In this document: in pieces, positions 18,416 to 26,460 of the stretch
Position numbering within the stretch: position 1 is the first letter of the stretch
How the letters are laid out: each line of letters starts with the position of its first letter
From: Dehalococcoidia bacterium
GTDB taxonomy: Bacteria > Chloroflexota > Dehalococcoidia > DSTF01 > RBG-16-68-14
Length of the DNA stretch: 51,928 bases
Assembly: GCA_040882355.1 (NCBI GenBank)
Contig: JBBEBM010000079.1
Coordinates: 1-51,928, forward strand
Direction: 5' to 3'
Notes under the pieces: model-generated
The model's input: the letters and a program-made list of their open reading frames with translations, nothing else
Told to the model about the DNA's origin: nothing
The model's database searches: none
Made by a program: the position numbers and the translations under genes

Positions 18416-19513
18416 TCAGACGCAGAGCGAATCCTGCAGCGTCTGCGACAACTGCAGCGGGTCGCTGGCGACGACGCTCGCGGCGTACAGCTCCATCCCG
18501 CCGAAGTCGTTCGTTCGGGTCGTCGGGTCGCCCCGGTCGACGATGCGCACCATGATCGGGAAGCCGTCCCAGCTCTCGTGCGTCGGCGCCAGCGGCGGCC
18601 GGTAGAGCACCAGGTTGAACGCCGTGACGCCCAGCCGGTCTCGATAGCACGCGAGCACGTCGTAGACGCGGTCCTTGAGCGAGTCGCTCATCTCGTCCGC
18701 CATCAAGATCACCTCGTTCTCCTTGATCGGGGCCATGTTCGCCATGACGCGCACGCCGTTGCAGCGAAAGCCCGCGCCGATCAGCTCGTGCGCGGTGTAG
18801 AGCGCGTCGAAGTAGTTCTGGCGGTGCGTCGCTTCGAACAGCAGCGCCGAGCGCCGCAGCGACTCGATGGCGGCGTAGTGCATGTCGCGGCCGAGCATCA
18901 CCTGACAGTGGCCGTGCAGCAGCGATGCCCCCGCGCGCCAGAGGCAGTTCCAGAGCAGGAAGTAGTACTTCGCCGCCGGGTCGCTGCGGTGCGCCAGCGC
19001 GGCCCAGCGCTCGCCCGTGTCGAGGTAGTCGTGGATCTGCTCTCGAGTGAAGTGGAGCGGGTGCTTCTCCTTGAACACGACGACGCTGTGCAGCCCGTCG
19101 AACTTCGCGATGTTGCTCGCCGTCGTGCACCACTCGCTCTCGACGCGGCCGAAGGTGTCCTCAGGCGTCAGGTTGTACACGTCGTCGAACGGCTCGTTGT
19201 TGGCGCGCTCCAGCTCCTCGTCCAGGTCGAGCTCGCTGCGCCACATCGGGCGGGCGGAGCGCAGCCAGTTGAAGAGCACGCCCTCCAGCGTCACGACGTT
19301 CGTCACCTTGACGATCTTCTGCCGGCGCACCTGGTCGACGCCGCCGAAGCGCTCCTCGATCCAGGGACGCATCGCCTCGGGCGGCACAAGGTCGCCCTCC
19401 GTGGTGCTGACGTGGAAGACGCGCTCGAACGCGAGCCGGTCTTCGAGCGGCAGCTCCGCCACAAGCTCGTCCAGGCGCATCACCGTCAGGTCTGAGGCCA
19501 CTGTCATCTCCAT
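18416..19513 (-). CDS. GalT-like HIT-superfamily nucleotidyltransferase/phosphorylase
   Basis: WN....AGASLLHGHCQ (HxHxQ) and an upstream SNIAKF..H motif. Confidence 0.7.
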   Translation of the reverse strand: MEMTVASDLTVMRLDELVAELPLEDRLAFERVFHVSTTEGDLVPPEAMRPWIEERFGGVDQVRRQKIVKVTNVVTLEGVLFNWLRSARPMWRSELDLDEELERANNEPFDDVYNLTPEDTFGRVESEWCTTASNIAKFDGLHSVVVFKEKHPLHFTREQIHDYLDTGERWAALAHRSDPAAKYYFLLWNCLWRAGASLLHGHCQVMLGRDMHYAAIESLRRSALLFEATHRQNYFDALYTAHELIGAGFRCNGVRVMANMAPIKENEVILMADEMSDSLKDRVYDVLACYRDRLGVTAFNLVLYRPPLAPTHESWDGFPIMVRIVDRGDPTTRTNDFGGMELYAASVVASDPLQLSQTLQDSLCV

Positions 19514-19749
19514 ACCCCCTACGTATGTTCGTCAGTTTCCTACCATCTCGTAACGCGGTTGGGGTCCGGTTGATTGCGGGTATGTCTAAAGAAGTAGGGC
19601 CGGACACTCGCGACGTTCGCGGCGGGGCCGCGCCGCCGTTCGTTGGCCCGGTGTTCGAGCCCGACAGACCTGCCGCTCGTGCCTTGGCACTTTGCTCCCC
19701 CGTCGCATCGCTCATCCTGGTTCCTGGTTGCAGATTCCTGGCTCCTTCG

Positions 19750-21321
19750 TCAGTGCCTGAAGTGCCGGTATCCCGTCACCACCATCGCGACGCCCAGCCG
19801 GTCGCAGGCCGCGATCACGTCGTCGTCGCGCACGGAGCCGCCCGGCTGCGCGACCGCCCGCACGCCCCCCTCCGCCGCCAGCTCGATGCTGTCCGGGAAG
19901 GGAAAGAACGCGTCCGAGGCCAGGGCGCTGCCGGCGGCGCGCTCGCCCGCGGCCTCCAGCGCCAGGTGGACGCTGTTTACGCGGTTCGGTTGGCCCGCCC
20001 CCGCCCCCACCATCGCGCCGTCCTTCGCCAGGACTATCGCGTTCGATTTCACGTGTTTCACGGCCTTCCACGCGAAGCGCAGGTCGGCGATCTCCTGCTC
20101 GGTCGGCGCCCGCTTCGTGACGCTGCGGAACTCGATGTCGCCGTCCGGCACCTGGTCTGGCGTTTGCAGCAGCATCCCGCCGACCACCTGCCGCACTTCG
20201 AAGCGGCTCGCGTCCGGCTCGATGAGCGGCGCCTTCAGGATGCGCAGGTCGCGGCTCTTCGACAGCAGCGCGACCGCGTCGTCGTCGTACTCCGGAGCGA
20301 CGATGATGTGGAGGAGCAGGCGCTGGCCGCTCGTCGGGTGTTTCGTGCCGCGGATCTCCTCGGCCAGCGCGCGCGTGACGGCCCGGTTGATGCCCACGAT
20401 GCCGCCGAACGCGGAGACCGGGTCGCCGAGGAAGGCCCGCCGCCAAGCCTCGCGGACGTCCGCGTTCGCCGCGAGGCCGCAGGGCGTCGCGTGCTTGATG
20501 ATGGCGACGGCCGGCTCGCCGAAGTCGCAGGCGGCCCGCCACGCCGCATCCGCGTCCAGGTAGTTGACGTACGACATCTCGATGCCGTGGAGCTGCTCCG
20601 CCGCCGCGATGCCCTGCCCCTGCAGCGTCGACGCGTCGGCGTAGAACGCCGCCCGCTGGTGCGGGTTCTCTCCGTAGCGCAGGTCCAGACGCTTCCGCAG
20701 CCCGAGCGTCAGCGCCTCCGGGAACTCGTCGCCTTCGCGCAGGTACGACGCGATCGCCGTGTCGTACAGCGCGACGTGCTGGAAGGCCTTCGTCGCCAGC
20801 CGGCGACGCTCCGCCGGCGTCACAGCGCTCGGGGCGCCGCTATGCGCGCGCAGCGCTTCGAGCACCGGCGCGTAGTCGGCCGGGTCGACGAGCGGCAGCA
20901 CGTGCGGGTGGTTCTTTGCGGCGGCGCGCAGCATCGTCGGCCCGCCGATGTCGATCTGCTCCAGCGCGTCCTGCAGCGTCACCCCCGCCTTCGCGATCGT
21001 CTCGACAAACGGGTAGAGGTTGACCGCGACGAGGTCGATAGGCGCCAGGCCATGCTCTTCGAGCTGGCGCAGGTGGTCGGGCAGGTCGCGCCGGGCGAGG
21101 AGGCCGGCGTGGACGGCGGGATGCAGCGTCTTCACGCGCCCGTCCAGGATCTCAGGGAAGCCCGTCAGCTCCGAGATGCCCCGTACCTCAAGCCCCGCCT
21201 CCGCTAGGTGGCGCTGGGAGCCGCTGGTGGAGTAGACCTCCGCGCCCAGGTCCAGGAGGCCGCGCGCCAGCTCCTGGGCGCCGGTCTTGTCGTATGGGGC
21301 GATGATGGCGCGCAGGGTCAA
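19750..21321 (-). CDS. purH: Bifunctional AICAR transformylase/IMP cyclohydrolase
   Basis: GRVKTLHP, IDIGGP, LRYGENPHQ, SAFGG, KSNAI, SDAFFPF, RHFRH; TTG start. Confidence 0.97.
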   Translation of the reverse strand: MTLRAIIAPYDKTGAQELARGLLDLGAEVYSTSGSQRHLAEAGLEVRGISELTGFPEILDGRVKTLHPAVHAGLLARRDLPDHLRQLEEHGLAPIDLVAVNLYPFVETIAKAGVTLQDALEQIDIGGPTMLRAAAKNHPHVLPLVDPADYAPVLEALRAHSGAPSAVTPAERRRLATKAFQHVALYDTAIASYLREGDEFPEALTLGLRKRLDLRYGENPHQRAAFYADASTLQGQGIAAAEQLHGIEMSYVNYLDADAAWRAACDFGEPAVAIIKHATPCGLAANADVREAWRRAFLGDPVSAFGGIVGINRAVTRALAEEIRGTKHPTSGQRLLLHIIVAPEYDDDAVALLSKSRDLRILKAPLIEPDASRFEVRQVVGGMLLQTPDQVPDGDIEFRSVTKRAPTEQEIADLRFAWKAVKHVKSNAIVLAKDGAMVGAGAGQPNRVNSVHLALEAAGERAAGSALASDAFFPFPDSIELAAEGGVRAVAQPGGSVRDDDVIAACDRLGVAMVVTGYRHFRH

Positions 21322-21734
21322 GACATCTCTTCCCTCAGACTCTCCTCGATGATAGGCCGAAGGGCGTTCAACATGCCGTCGACGACCCTGAGTGCCTCTT
21401 CCGCCTCTTCCTTGGTGTATTCGTGTTCAGAGGCAAGGTCGGGGTACCTGGTCGAGACGTAGTACCCGTCGACATTGCGCGCATCTTCCTCCAAGGCCCC
21501 GACCCTCTCATCCAGTCCGGCGCAAAGAGCAACCAGCCGAACCAGCTCGTGGGTCTTCGGGTAGGGGACACCGTGGGCCAGGAGAAGCGCCTTGAGCATC
21601 TTCTCGAAGACTTGCTGGCAGGCGAAACAGGCTTGGGCATAGTAGCCACCAGCGAAGTCGTGCCTCGCCCAGCCGCTGTCTCGGAGAGCGCTCTCAAGCC
21701 ACGCCTGTGCGTCGGCGGACAGCGGCTCGGTCAT
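21318..21734 (-). CDS. HEPN domain protein (MNT-associated)
   Basis: ACF.CQQ.FEK.LKA, KTHEL, Y..TRYP, EEAE.AL pattern. Confidence 0.9.
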   Translation of the reverse strand: MTEPLSADAQAWLESALRDSGWARHDFAGGYYAQACFACQQVFEKMLKALLLAHGVPYPKTHELVRLVALCAGLDERVGALEEDARNVDGYYVSTRYPDLASEHEYTKEEAEEALRVVDGMLNALRPIIEESLREEMS

Positions 21735-22068
21735 AGATCACCTTACCCTTAGCGAGCACCTCTTGGGTGAGAAAGAAGCGATTCTTGCTAATGCCGCGCT
21801 CCAGCTCCTCCGGGGTTAACACGAAGATATCTGTGGAGCGCCAAATGTGAATGGCGTGATTGAGCTCTCGAATCCGCTGGAAGTAGGGCTTACGGGTGCG
21901 CTTGATCACCAAGAGGTCGAGGTCGCTGTCCTGGCGCGCCCGGCCGGAGGCGGCGGAGCCGAACAGGATGATCCTCTCCGGCCGGTACACCTGGACGATG
22001 CGGTCTCGCACGTAGGCGATGTCGTCGGCCAGCGGGCCCATGGGGCGGACGGCGAGACGGCGCGCCAT
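21694..22068 (-). CDS. Minimal nucleotidyltransferase (MNT) antitoxin-like protein
   Basis: ILFGS-x10-DLD (GSX10DXD); GKVIY near the C-terminus. Confidence 0.9.
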   Translation of the reverse strand: MARRLAVRPMGPLADDIAYVRDRIVQVYRPERIILFGSAASGRARQDSDLDLLVIKRTRKPYFQRIRELNHAIHIWRSTDIFVLTPEELERGISKNRFFLTQEVLAKGKVIYDRAAVRRRTGVA

Positions 22069-22148
22069 CAGGGGCGCCTCCCGCGCGCCAGCTCCTGGGC
22101 GCCGGTCTTGTCGTATGGGGCGATGATGGCGCGCAGGGTCACGCTGCT

Positions 22149-22177
22149 AGGCTAACGGGTGGGGGACTCTCGTTCAA
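22149..22177 (-). promoter_or_regulatory. Sigma70 promoter, probably leaderless, upstream of the first purH 5' copy
   Basis: TTGAAC (22177-22172), 17 nt, TAGCCT (22154-22149), 6 nt, GTG (22142). Confidence 0.6.
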
Positions 22178-22188
22178 ACGACCTTCGA

Positions 22189-23247
22189 TCACGCCACCGT
22201 AACTCGATTGGATGGGGCCGAGTGGGCCACCACCTCACCCACCACGAACGCGTCCGGCAGCGAGGCGCGGATGCCGGCGACCTCCGACGGCGCCGCCGCC
22301 AGCACCAGCCCCACGCCCATGTTGAACGCGCGCCACAGCTCCTCTTCGGCCACGTTACCCTCTCGCTGGATCAGGCGGAAGAGCGGCGGCGCCTCCCACG
22401 CCGAGCGGTCGACGCGCGCTCCGAGACCTTGCGGAAGGATGCGCGGAATGTTCTCGATCAGGCCGCCGCCCGTAATGTGCGCGATGCCCTTCACCATGTC
22501 ACGCACGGCCGCCACCTCGCGCGTGTAGCCCCGGTGCGGCGTCAGCAGCGCCTCGCCCAGCGTTACACCTAGGTCGGGCTCGATCCGCTGCAGCCGCGCC
22601 CGGTCTTCGTCGCGGTCGCCGCCCACGCCGATGCCGAACACGCGCCGCACCAGCGAGAAGCCGTTCGTGTGCAGCCCGCTCGAAGACAGCCCGATCAGCG
22701 CGTCGCCCTCCTTGATCGATGACCCGTCGATGATCGAGTCGCGCTCCACCGCCCCCACGACGAAGCCCACGATGTCGAAGTCGCCCGGCGCGTAGATGTC
22801 GGGCATGTCGGCGGTCTCGCCCCCGATCAGCGCGCATCCCGCCGCGACGCACGCCGACGCGATGCCGCGCACCAGCGCCTCCTTCTCGTCCGGCGTCAGC
22901 GTTGAGGAGGCGATGTAGTCGAGGAAGAAGAGCGGCTCCGCGCCCGACGTGATGATGTCGTTCACGTTCTGGTTGACGAGGTCGACGCCGATCCCCTCGA
23001 AGCGCCCCAGCAGCGACGCGATCCGCACCTTCGTGCCGACGCTGTCCGTGCTGGACACAAGCACCGGCTCGCGATACGACCCGAGCGCGAACAGCGCGCC
23101 GAACGGCCCCACCCCCGCCAGCACCTCCGGCCGGTGCGTCGACGCCGCAATCGGCCGGATCCGCTCTATGAACCGCTTCCGCGCGTCGATATCTACGCCA
23201 GCGGCTGCGTATGTCAGGGGAGGGCGCTGTGATTCGCTAGCCGGCAT
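22189..23247 (-). CDS. purM: Phosphoribosylformylglycinamidine cyclo-ligase (AIR synthetase)
   Basis: TYAAAGVD, STDSVGTK, GAEPLFFLDY, GGETA, SSGLHTNGFS, HITGGG, FNMGVG. Confidence 0.97.
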   Translation of the reverse strand: MPASESQRPPLTYAAAGVDIDARKRFIERIRPIAASTHRPEVLAGVGPFGALFALGSYREPVLVSSTDSVGTKVRIASLLGRFEGIGVDLVNQNVNDIITSGAEPLFFLDYIASSTLTPDEKEALVRGIASACVAAGCALIGGETADMPDIYAPGDFDIVGFVVGAVERDSIIDGSSIKEGDALIGLSSSGLHTNGFSLVRRVFGIGVGGDRDEDRARLQRIEPDLGVTLGEALLTPHRGYTREVAAVRDMVKGIAHITGGGLIENIPRILPQGLGARVDRSAWEAPPLFRLIQREGNVAEEELWRAFNMGVGLVLAAAPSEVAGIRASLPDAFVVGEVVAHSAPSNRVTVA

Positions 23248-23386
23248 ATCGTGTGAGGACGGAACTCCCCTCTCCCGCCAAGCGGGAGAGGGGCCGGGGC
23301 TGTGGGTAGCACCGCTTGCGCGCGTCGATATCTAAGCCAGCGCTTGCATACGTGAGCGGCGGCCGCTGCGATCCGCTAGCCGGCAT
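23172..23386 (-). repeat. Duplicated 5' end of purM (23172-23247 vs 23311-23386) flanking a palindromic element
   Basis: 76-bp ungapped alignment with 12 mismatches, 8 of them synonymous; MPASESQRPPLTYAAAGVDIDARKR vs MPASGSQRPPLTYASAGLDIDARKR. Confidence 0.92.
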
Positions 23387-23518
23387 GGCTGATGGGAGAG
23401 ACTCCCCCTCTCCCTCGGAGCGAGGGAGAGGGGCCAGGGGTGAGGGAGCGAGGGCGCGGCGAATCGCTGGATGATACGGCTAATGCGGTGGGCACGGAGC
23501 CGGCGGTGAGGGCGGCCC

Positions 23519-24979
23519 TCACGCCCTGGGGCTGACGGAGGGCACCGTCTCCGTCCACTCGAACTCGTGACGGTCGCTGCCCGCGACGGGCTCCAGCGCC
23601 AGCTTGTCCATCTCCAGCGGCACCGGCATCGGGTAGTTGCCGGTGAAGCAGGCCAGGCAGAACTTGTCGCGCGGCTTGCCCACCGCCTCGATCAACCCCT
23701 CGACGCTCAGGTAGCCGAGCGAGTCCGCGCCGATGTGCTCGCGGATCTCCTCGACGACCATGCGCGCGGCGATCAGCTCCCAGCGCCGCCCCATGTCGAT
23801 GCCGAAGAAGCAGGGGTGCGTGATCGGCGGGGCGGTGATGCGCATGTGCACTTCGCGCGCGCCCGCCTTGCGGATCATCGCGACCACGCGCGATGCTGTC
23901 GTGTCGCGGATGATGCTGTCGTCCACGACGACGACGCGCCGGCCTTCGAGCAGCTCCGGCAGCGGGTTGAACTTGAGCTGCACGCCGATGTCGCGAAGGC
24001 GCTGGTCGGGCTGGATGAACGTGCGCCCAACATAGCGGTTCTTGACGAGACCCTCGACGAACGGGATGCCCGACTCCTGCGAGTAGCCGACCGCGGCCGC
24101 CGTCGCCGAGTCCGGTACGCCGATCACGACGTCAGCGTCGGCGGGATGCTCCCGGGCGACCTGGGCGCCCAGCGCCATCCGCACCGGGTAGACCAGCTTG
24201 TTGTCGATGACGCTGTCGGGGCGGGCGAAGTAAATGTACTCGAAGATGCAGAAGGCGTCCTTGCGCGCCGCCGCCTGGTGGCTCTCGACGCCTTCGCTCG
24301 TGATCCGAACGACTTCGCCCGGAGCGATCTCGCGCACCGACGTGGCTCCCAGGTGGTCGAATGCGCACGTCTCGGAGGCGACGACCCAGCCGCCGTTGAG
24401 CTTGCCCAGGCTGAGCGGGCGGTTGCCCATCGGGTCGCGCGCGGCCATCAGCTCGTCCTTCGTCAGCACGACCAGCGAGTACGCGCCCTGGACGCGTCGC
24501 ATCACGTAGCTCCAGCGCTCCCGCCACGTTGCGCCGGGCGCGTGGGCGAGCGCGCTCGCGATCACCTCGGCGTCGGTGCTGGACGCGAACTCGACCCCCT
24601 GCTCCTGCAGGTCGGCCTGTAGGACGGCGGCGTTGACGATGTTGCCGTTATGGCCCAGGGCCAGTTTGCCGTTCGGCCCGTCGGTCTCGATGGGCTGGGC
24701 GTTGCAGGCCAGGCTGGAGCCGGTGGTGGAGTAGCGGGTGTGGCCGATCGCCATGTAGCCGGGCAGATAGCTCAGGTCCTCTTCGTCGAAGACCTGCGAG
24801 ACGAGGCCCATGCCGGTGCGGAGATTGAGATCGAGGCCGTTGGTTGCAGCAATCCCCGCGCTCTCCTGCCCTCGATGTTGGAGGGCGTAGAGCCCGTAGA
24901 AGGCGATCCTGGCAACGTCTTCGCCCGGGGCGTAGACCCCAAAGACGCCGCAGGCCTCACGAGGGTGCGAATCGGTCAG
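23519..24979 (-). CDS. purF: Amidophosphoribosyltransferase (Fe-S, propeptide type); probable CTG start
   Basis: In-frame extension gives TDSHPREACGVFG..LQHRGQESAG; also GHTRYST, HNGN, CIFEYIYF, CFFGID, CLAC. SD GAGGAGG lies before CTG 24979. Confidence 0.95.
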   Translation of the reverse strand: MTDSHPREACGVFGVYAPGEDVARIAFYGLYALQHRGQESAGIAATNGLDLNLRTGMGLVSQVFDEEDLSYLPGYMAIGHTRYSTTGSSLACNAQPIETDGPNGKLALGHNGNIVNAAVLQADLQEQGVEFASSTDAEVIASALAHAPGATWRERWSYVMRRVQGAYSLVVLTKDELMAARDPMGNRPLSLGKLNGGWVVASETCAFDHLGATSVREIAPGEVVRITSEGVESHQAAARKDAFCIFEYIYFARPDSVIDNKLVYPVRMALGAQVAREHPADADVVIGVPDSATAAAVGYSQESGIPFVEGLVKNRYVGRTFIQPDQRLRDIGVQLKFNPLPELLEGRRVVVVDDSIIRDTTASRVVAMIRKAGAREVHMRITAPPITHPCFFGIDMGRRWELIAARMVVEEIREHIGADSLGYLSVEGLIEAVGKPRDKFCLACFTGNYPMPVPLEMDKLALEPVAGSDRHEFEWTETVPSVSPRA

Positions 24980-25113
24980 GAGCGCTCCCTCCTCGCACGC
25001 GGTCCCGATGCACCGTTAGTGTACCAACGCCCCGTGCTTAGGGCAATCGGGGCGGGCGGCGCTAACGCTACGCATCGACGATGTCGGCCGCGATTTTGCT
25101 TCGAGTGTGGCCG

Positions 25114-26460
25114 CTACCCTAACTCGATGGTCGCCGGCCGCGTCCCTCTCCGGAGCCGCAGCAGCGACGACCGCGGTAGCCAGACGCCGTTCCGGAGCTG
25201 CGACCCTGCCAGCCAGCCCCAGAGCAGCGCGACCGGCACGACCTTGATCGCGTGCTGCGTGATCACGCCCCAGGCCGGCCACATCTCTTGGTGGCTCTGG
25301 TACTGATTCAGCGTGCTGATCGGGCCCGTGTTCCACACATTCTCCATGAGCCAGTAGGGCGTCGGCACCGCGATGAAGAAGAAGGCTACCAGCGCCAGCG
25401 GACGCAGGGAAGGCCGGAAGATCACCAGCAGCACGAGCGCCGGCAACAGCATGACGTAGTGATGCTCCCAGACCGTGTAGACCAGGAAGAAGCTGGCGAC
25501 CCACATCGCAAAGACTGCCAACGGGTCGATCCGCCTCGGCCAGAACGTGGCCACCAGCGACACGCCGATCACCGTGTACGCCAGCGCTTCCAGGTAGACC
25601 GTCGATACGCTCTGCGCGTCCGCGTCAAACGCCAGGATCGAGTTGCGCAGCAGCGAGACGGCGCCCAGGTCGCCGGGGTTGAAGTACGTCGCGCGCACGG
25701 TCGATTCGCCGAGGACGCCGGTGTTCGCCACCCAGAAGATCTCCCAGTCGTCGGGCCGCCAGAGGAAGTAGACCAGGCTCAGCCCGCCCAGCACCGCGCC
25801 TGCGATGAGCGAACGCCACCAGCGTAACCTAAGGAACAGCGGCGCGAGGAGAGCGCTGCTGCTCTTGATCACCAGCGACACGACCCAGGGCGGCCCGGCC
25901 AGCAGTTCTCGTCCGTGGACGGCGCCCGCGCCTGTCCAGAGCAGCAGCGTTGCCATGAGGAACGAGAATTGCCCCATGTACTGCTCCAGATAGAACGGGC
26001 TGAAGACGAACCACATCGCCGCGCCGATTGCCGCCCACGTCGTGCGGCCGCCCAGCCGCCAGGTCGCGTAGGCGTTCAGAATAAGCAGCAGCTCGTAGAG
26101 GGTCACCCAGCTCCAGTAGGCCGTCCACGCGCCGATGTGCAAGGCGTTCGGCGGCAGCGCGAATACGTAGGCGAAGCCGGGCACATACCGGTAGAGCGAC
26201 GAATACGGCACGACCGGCGAAATGTCGGGGTCCGTGAAGTAGACCGACCCGCCCTCCAGCGCGCGGTGGCCGGCCTCGTAGATGCTGAAGAAGTCGACGC
26301 CTTGCTCGTGGACGTTGGAGTTGTCGAACAGCGGATCGAGGTAGCCCCAGAAGAGCGACCCCATCATCAGCGCATGAACGATCAGGGCGACGCCGATCAG
26401 CGCGAGCGCCCAGCCGGCAGCGCGCTTCGGCGGACCCTCGATCTCCAGTACGTCCGTCAC
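25114..26460 (-). CDS. GT-C fold membrane glycosyltransferase (GT87/DUF2029-like)
   Basis: DF..IY.AG, YRY.P, GQ, IK, WEHHY; many TM helices. TATAAT-N6-GTG leaderless geometry. Confidence 0.75.
   Translation of the reverse strand: MTDVLEIEGPPKRAAGWALALIGVALIVHALMMGSLFWGYLDPLFDNSNVHEQGVDFFSIYEAGHRALEGGSVYFTDPDISPVVPYSSLYRYVPGFAYVFALPPNALHIGAWTAYWSWVTLYELLLILNAYATWRLGGRTTWAAIGAAMWFVFSPFYLEQYMGQFSFLMATLLLWTGAGAVHGRELLAGPPWVVSLVIKSSSALLAPLFLRLRWWRSLIAGAVLGGLSLVYFLWRPDDWEIFWVANTGVLGESTVRATYFNPGDLGAVSLLRNSILAFDADAQSVSTVYLEALAYTVIGVSLVATFWPRRIDPLAVFAMWVASFFLVYTVWEHHYVMLLPALVLLVIFRPSLRPLALVAFFFIAVPTPYWLMENVWNTGPISTLNQYQSHQEMWPAWGVITQHAIKVVPVALLWGWLAGSQLRNGVWLPRSSLLRLRRGTRPATIELG

Larger units (their letters stand above)
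21260..22141. repeat. Perfect 61-bp direct repeat (21260-21320 and 22081-22141) equal to the purH 5' end, flanking an MNT-HEPN module
   Basis: ccgcgcgccagctcctgggcgccggtcttgtcgtatggggcgatgatggcgcgcagggtca is identical at both positions. Confidence 0.97.
18035..23446 (+). repeat. CCCCTCTCCC-N-GGGAGAGGGG..GGGGTGAGGG palindromic repeat (family D)
   Basis: Copies at 18035-18107, 23266-23306 and 23403-23446. Confidence 0.85.

Noticed and set aside
19518..19531. Possible LexA box (GAAC-N4-GTTC) upstream of the GalT-like gene
   Set aside because: The second half-site is GTAG (two mismatches) and the gene has no SOS link.
19525..21207. Long antisense or alternate-frame ORFs (e.g. 560 aa here, 565 aa at 43325-45022, 453 aa at 42075-43436)
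   Set aside because: They shadow well-supported genes on the opposite strand, are Arg/Ala/Pro-rich with no motifs, and are expected in high-GC DNA.
21260..22141. Treating the MNT-HEPN segment as an IS element or prophage remnant
   Set aside because: No transposase, integrase or terminal inverted repeats; reported instead as a repeat-bounded module.
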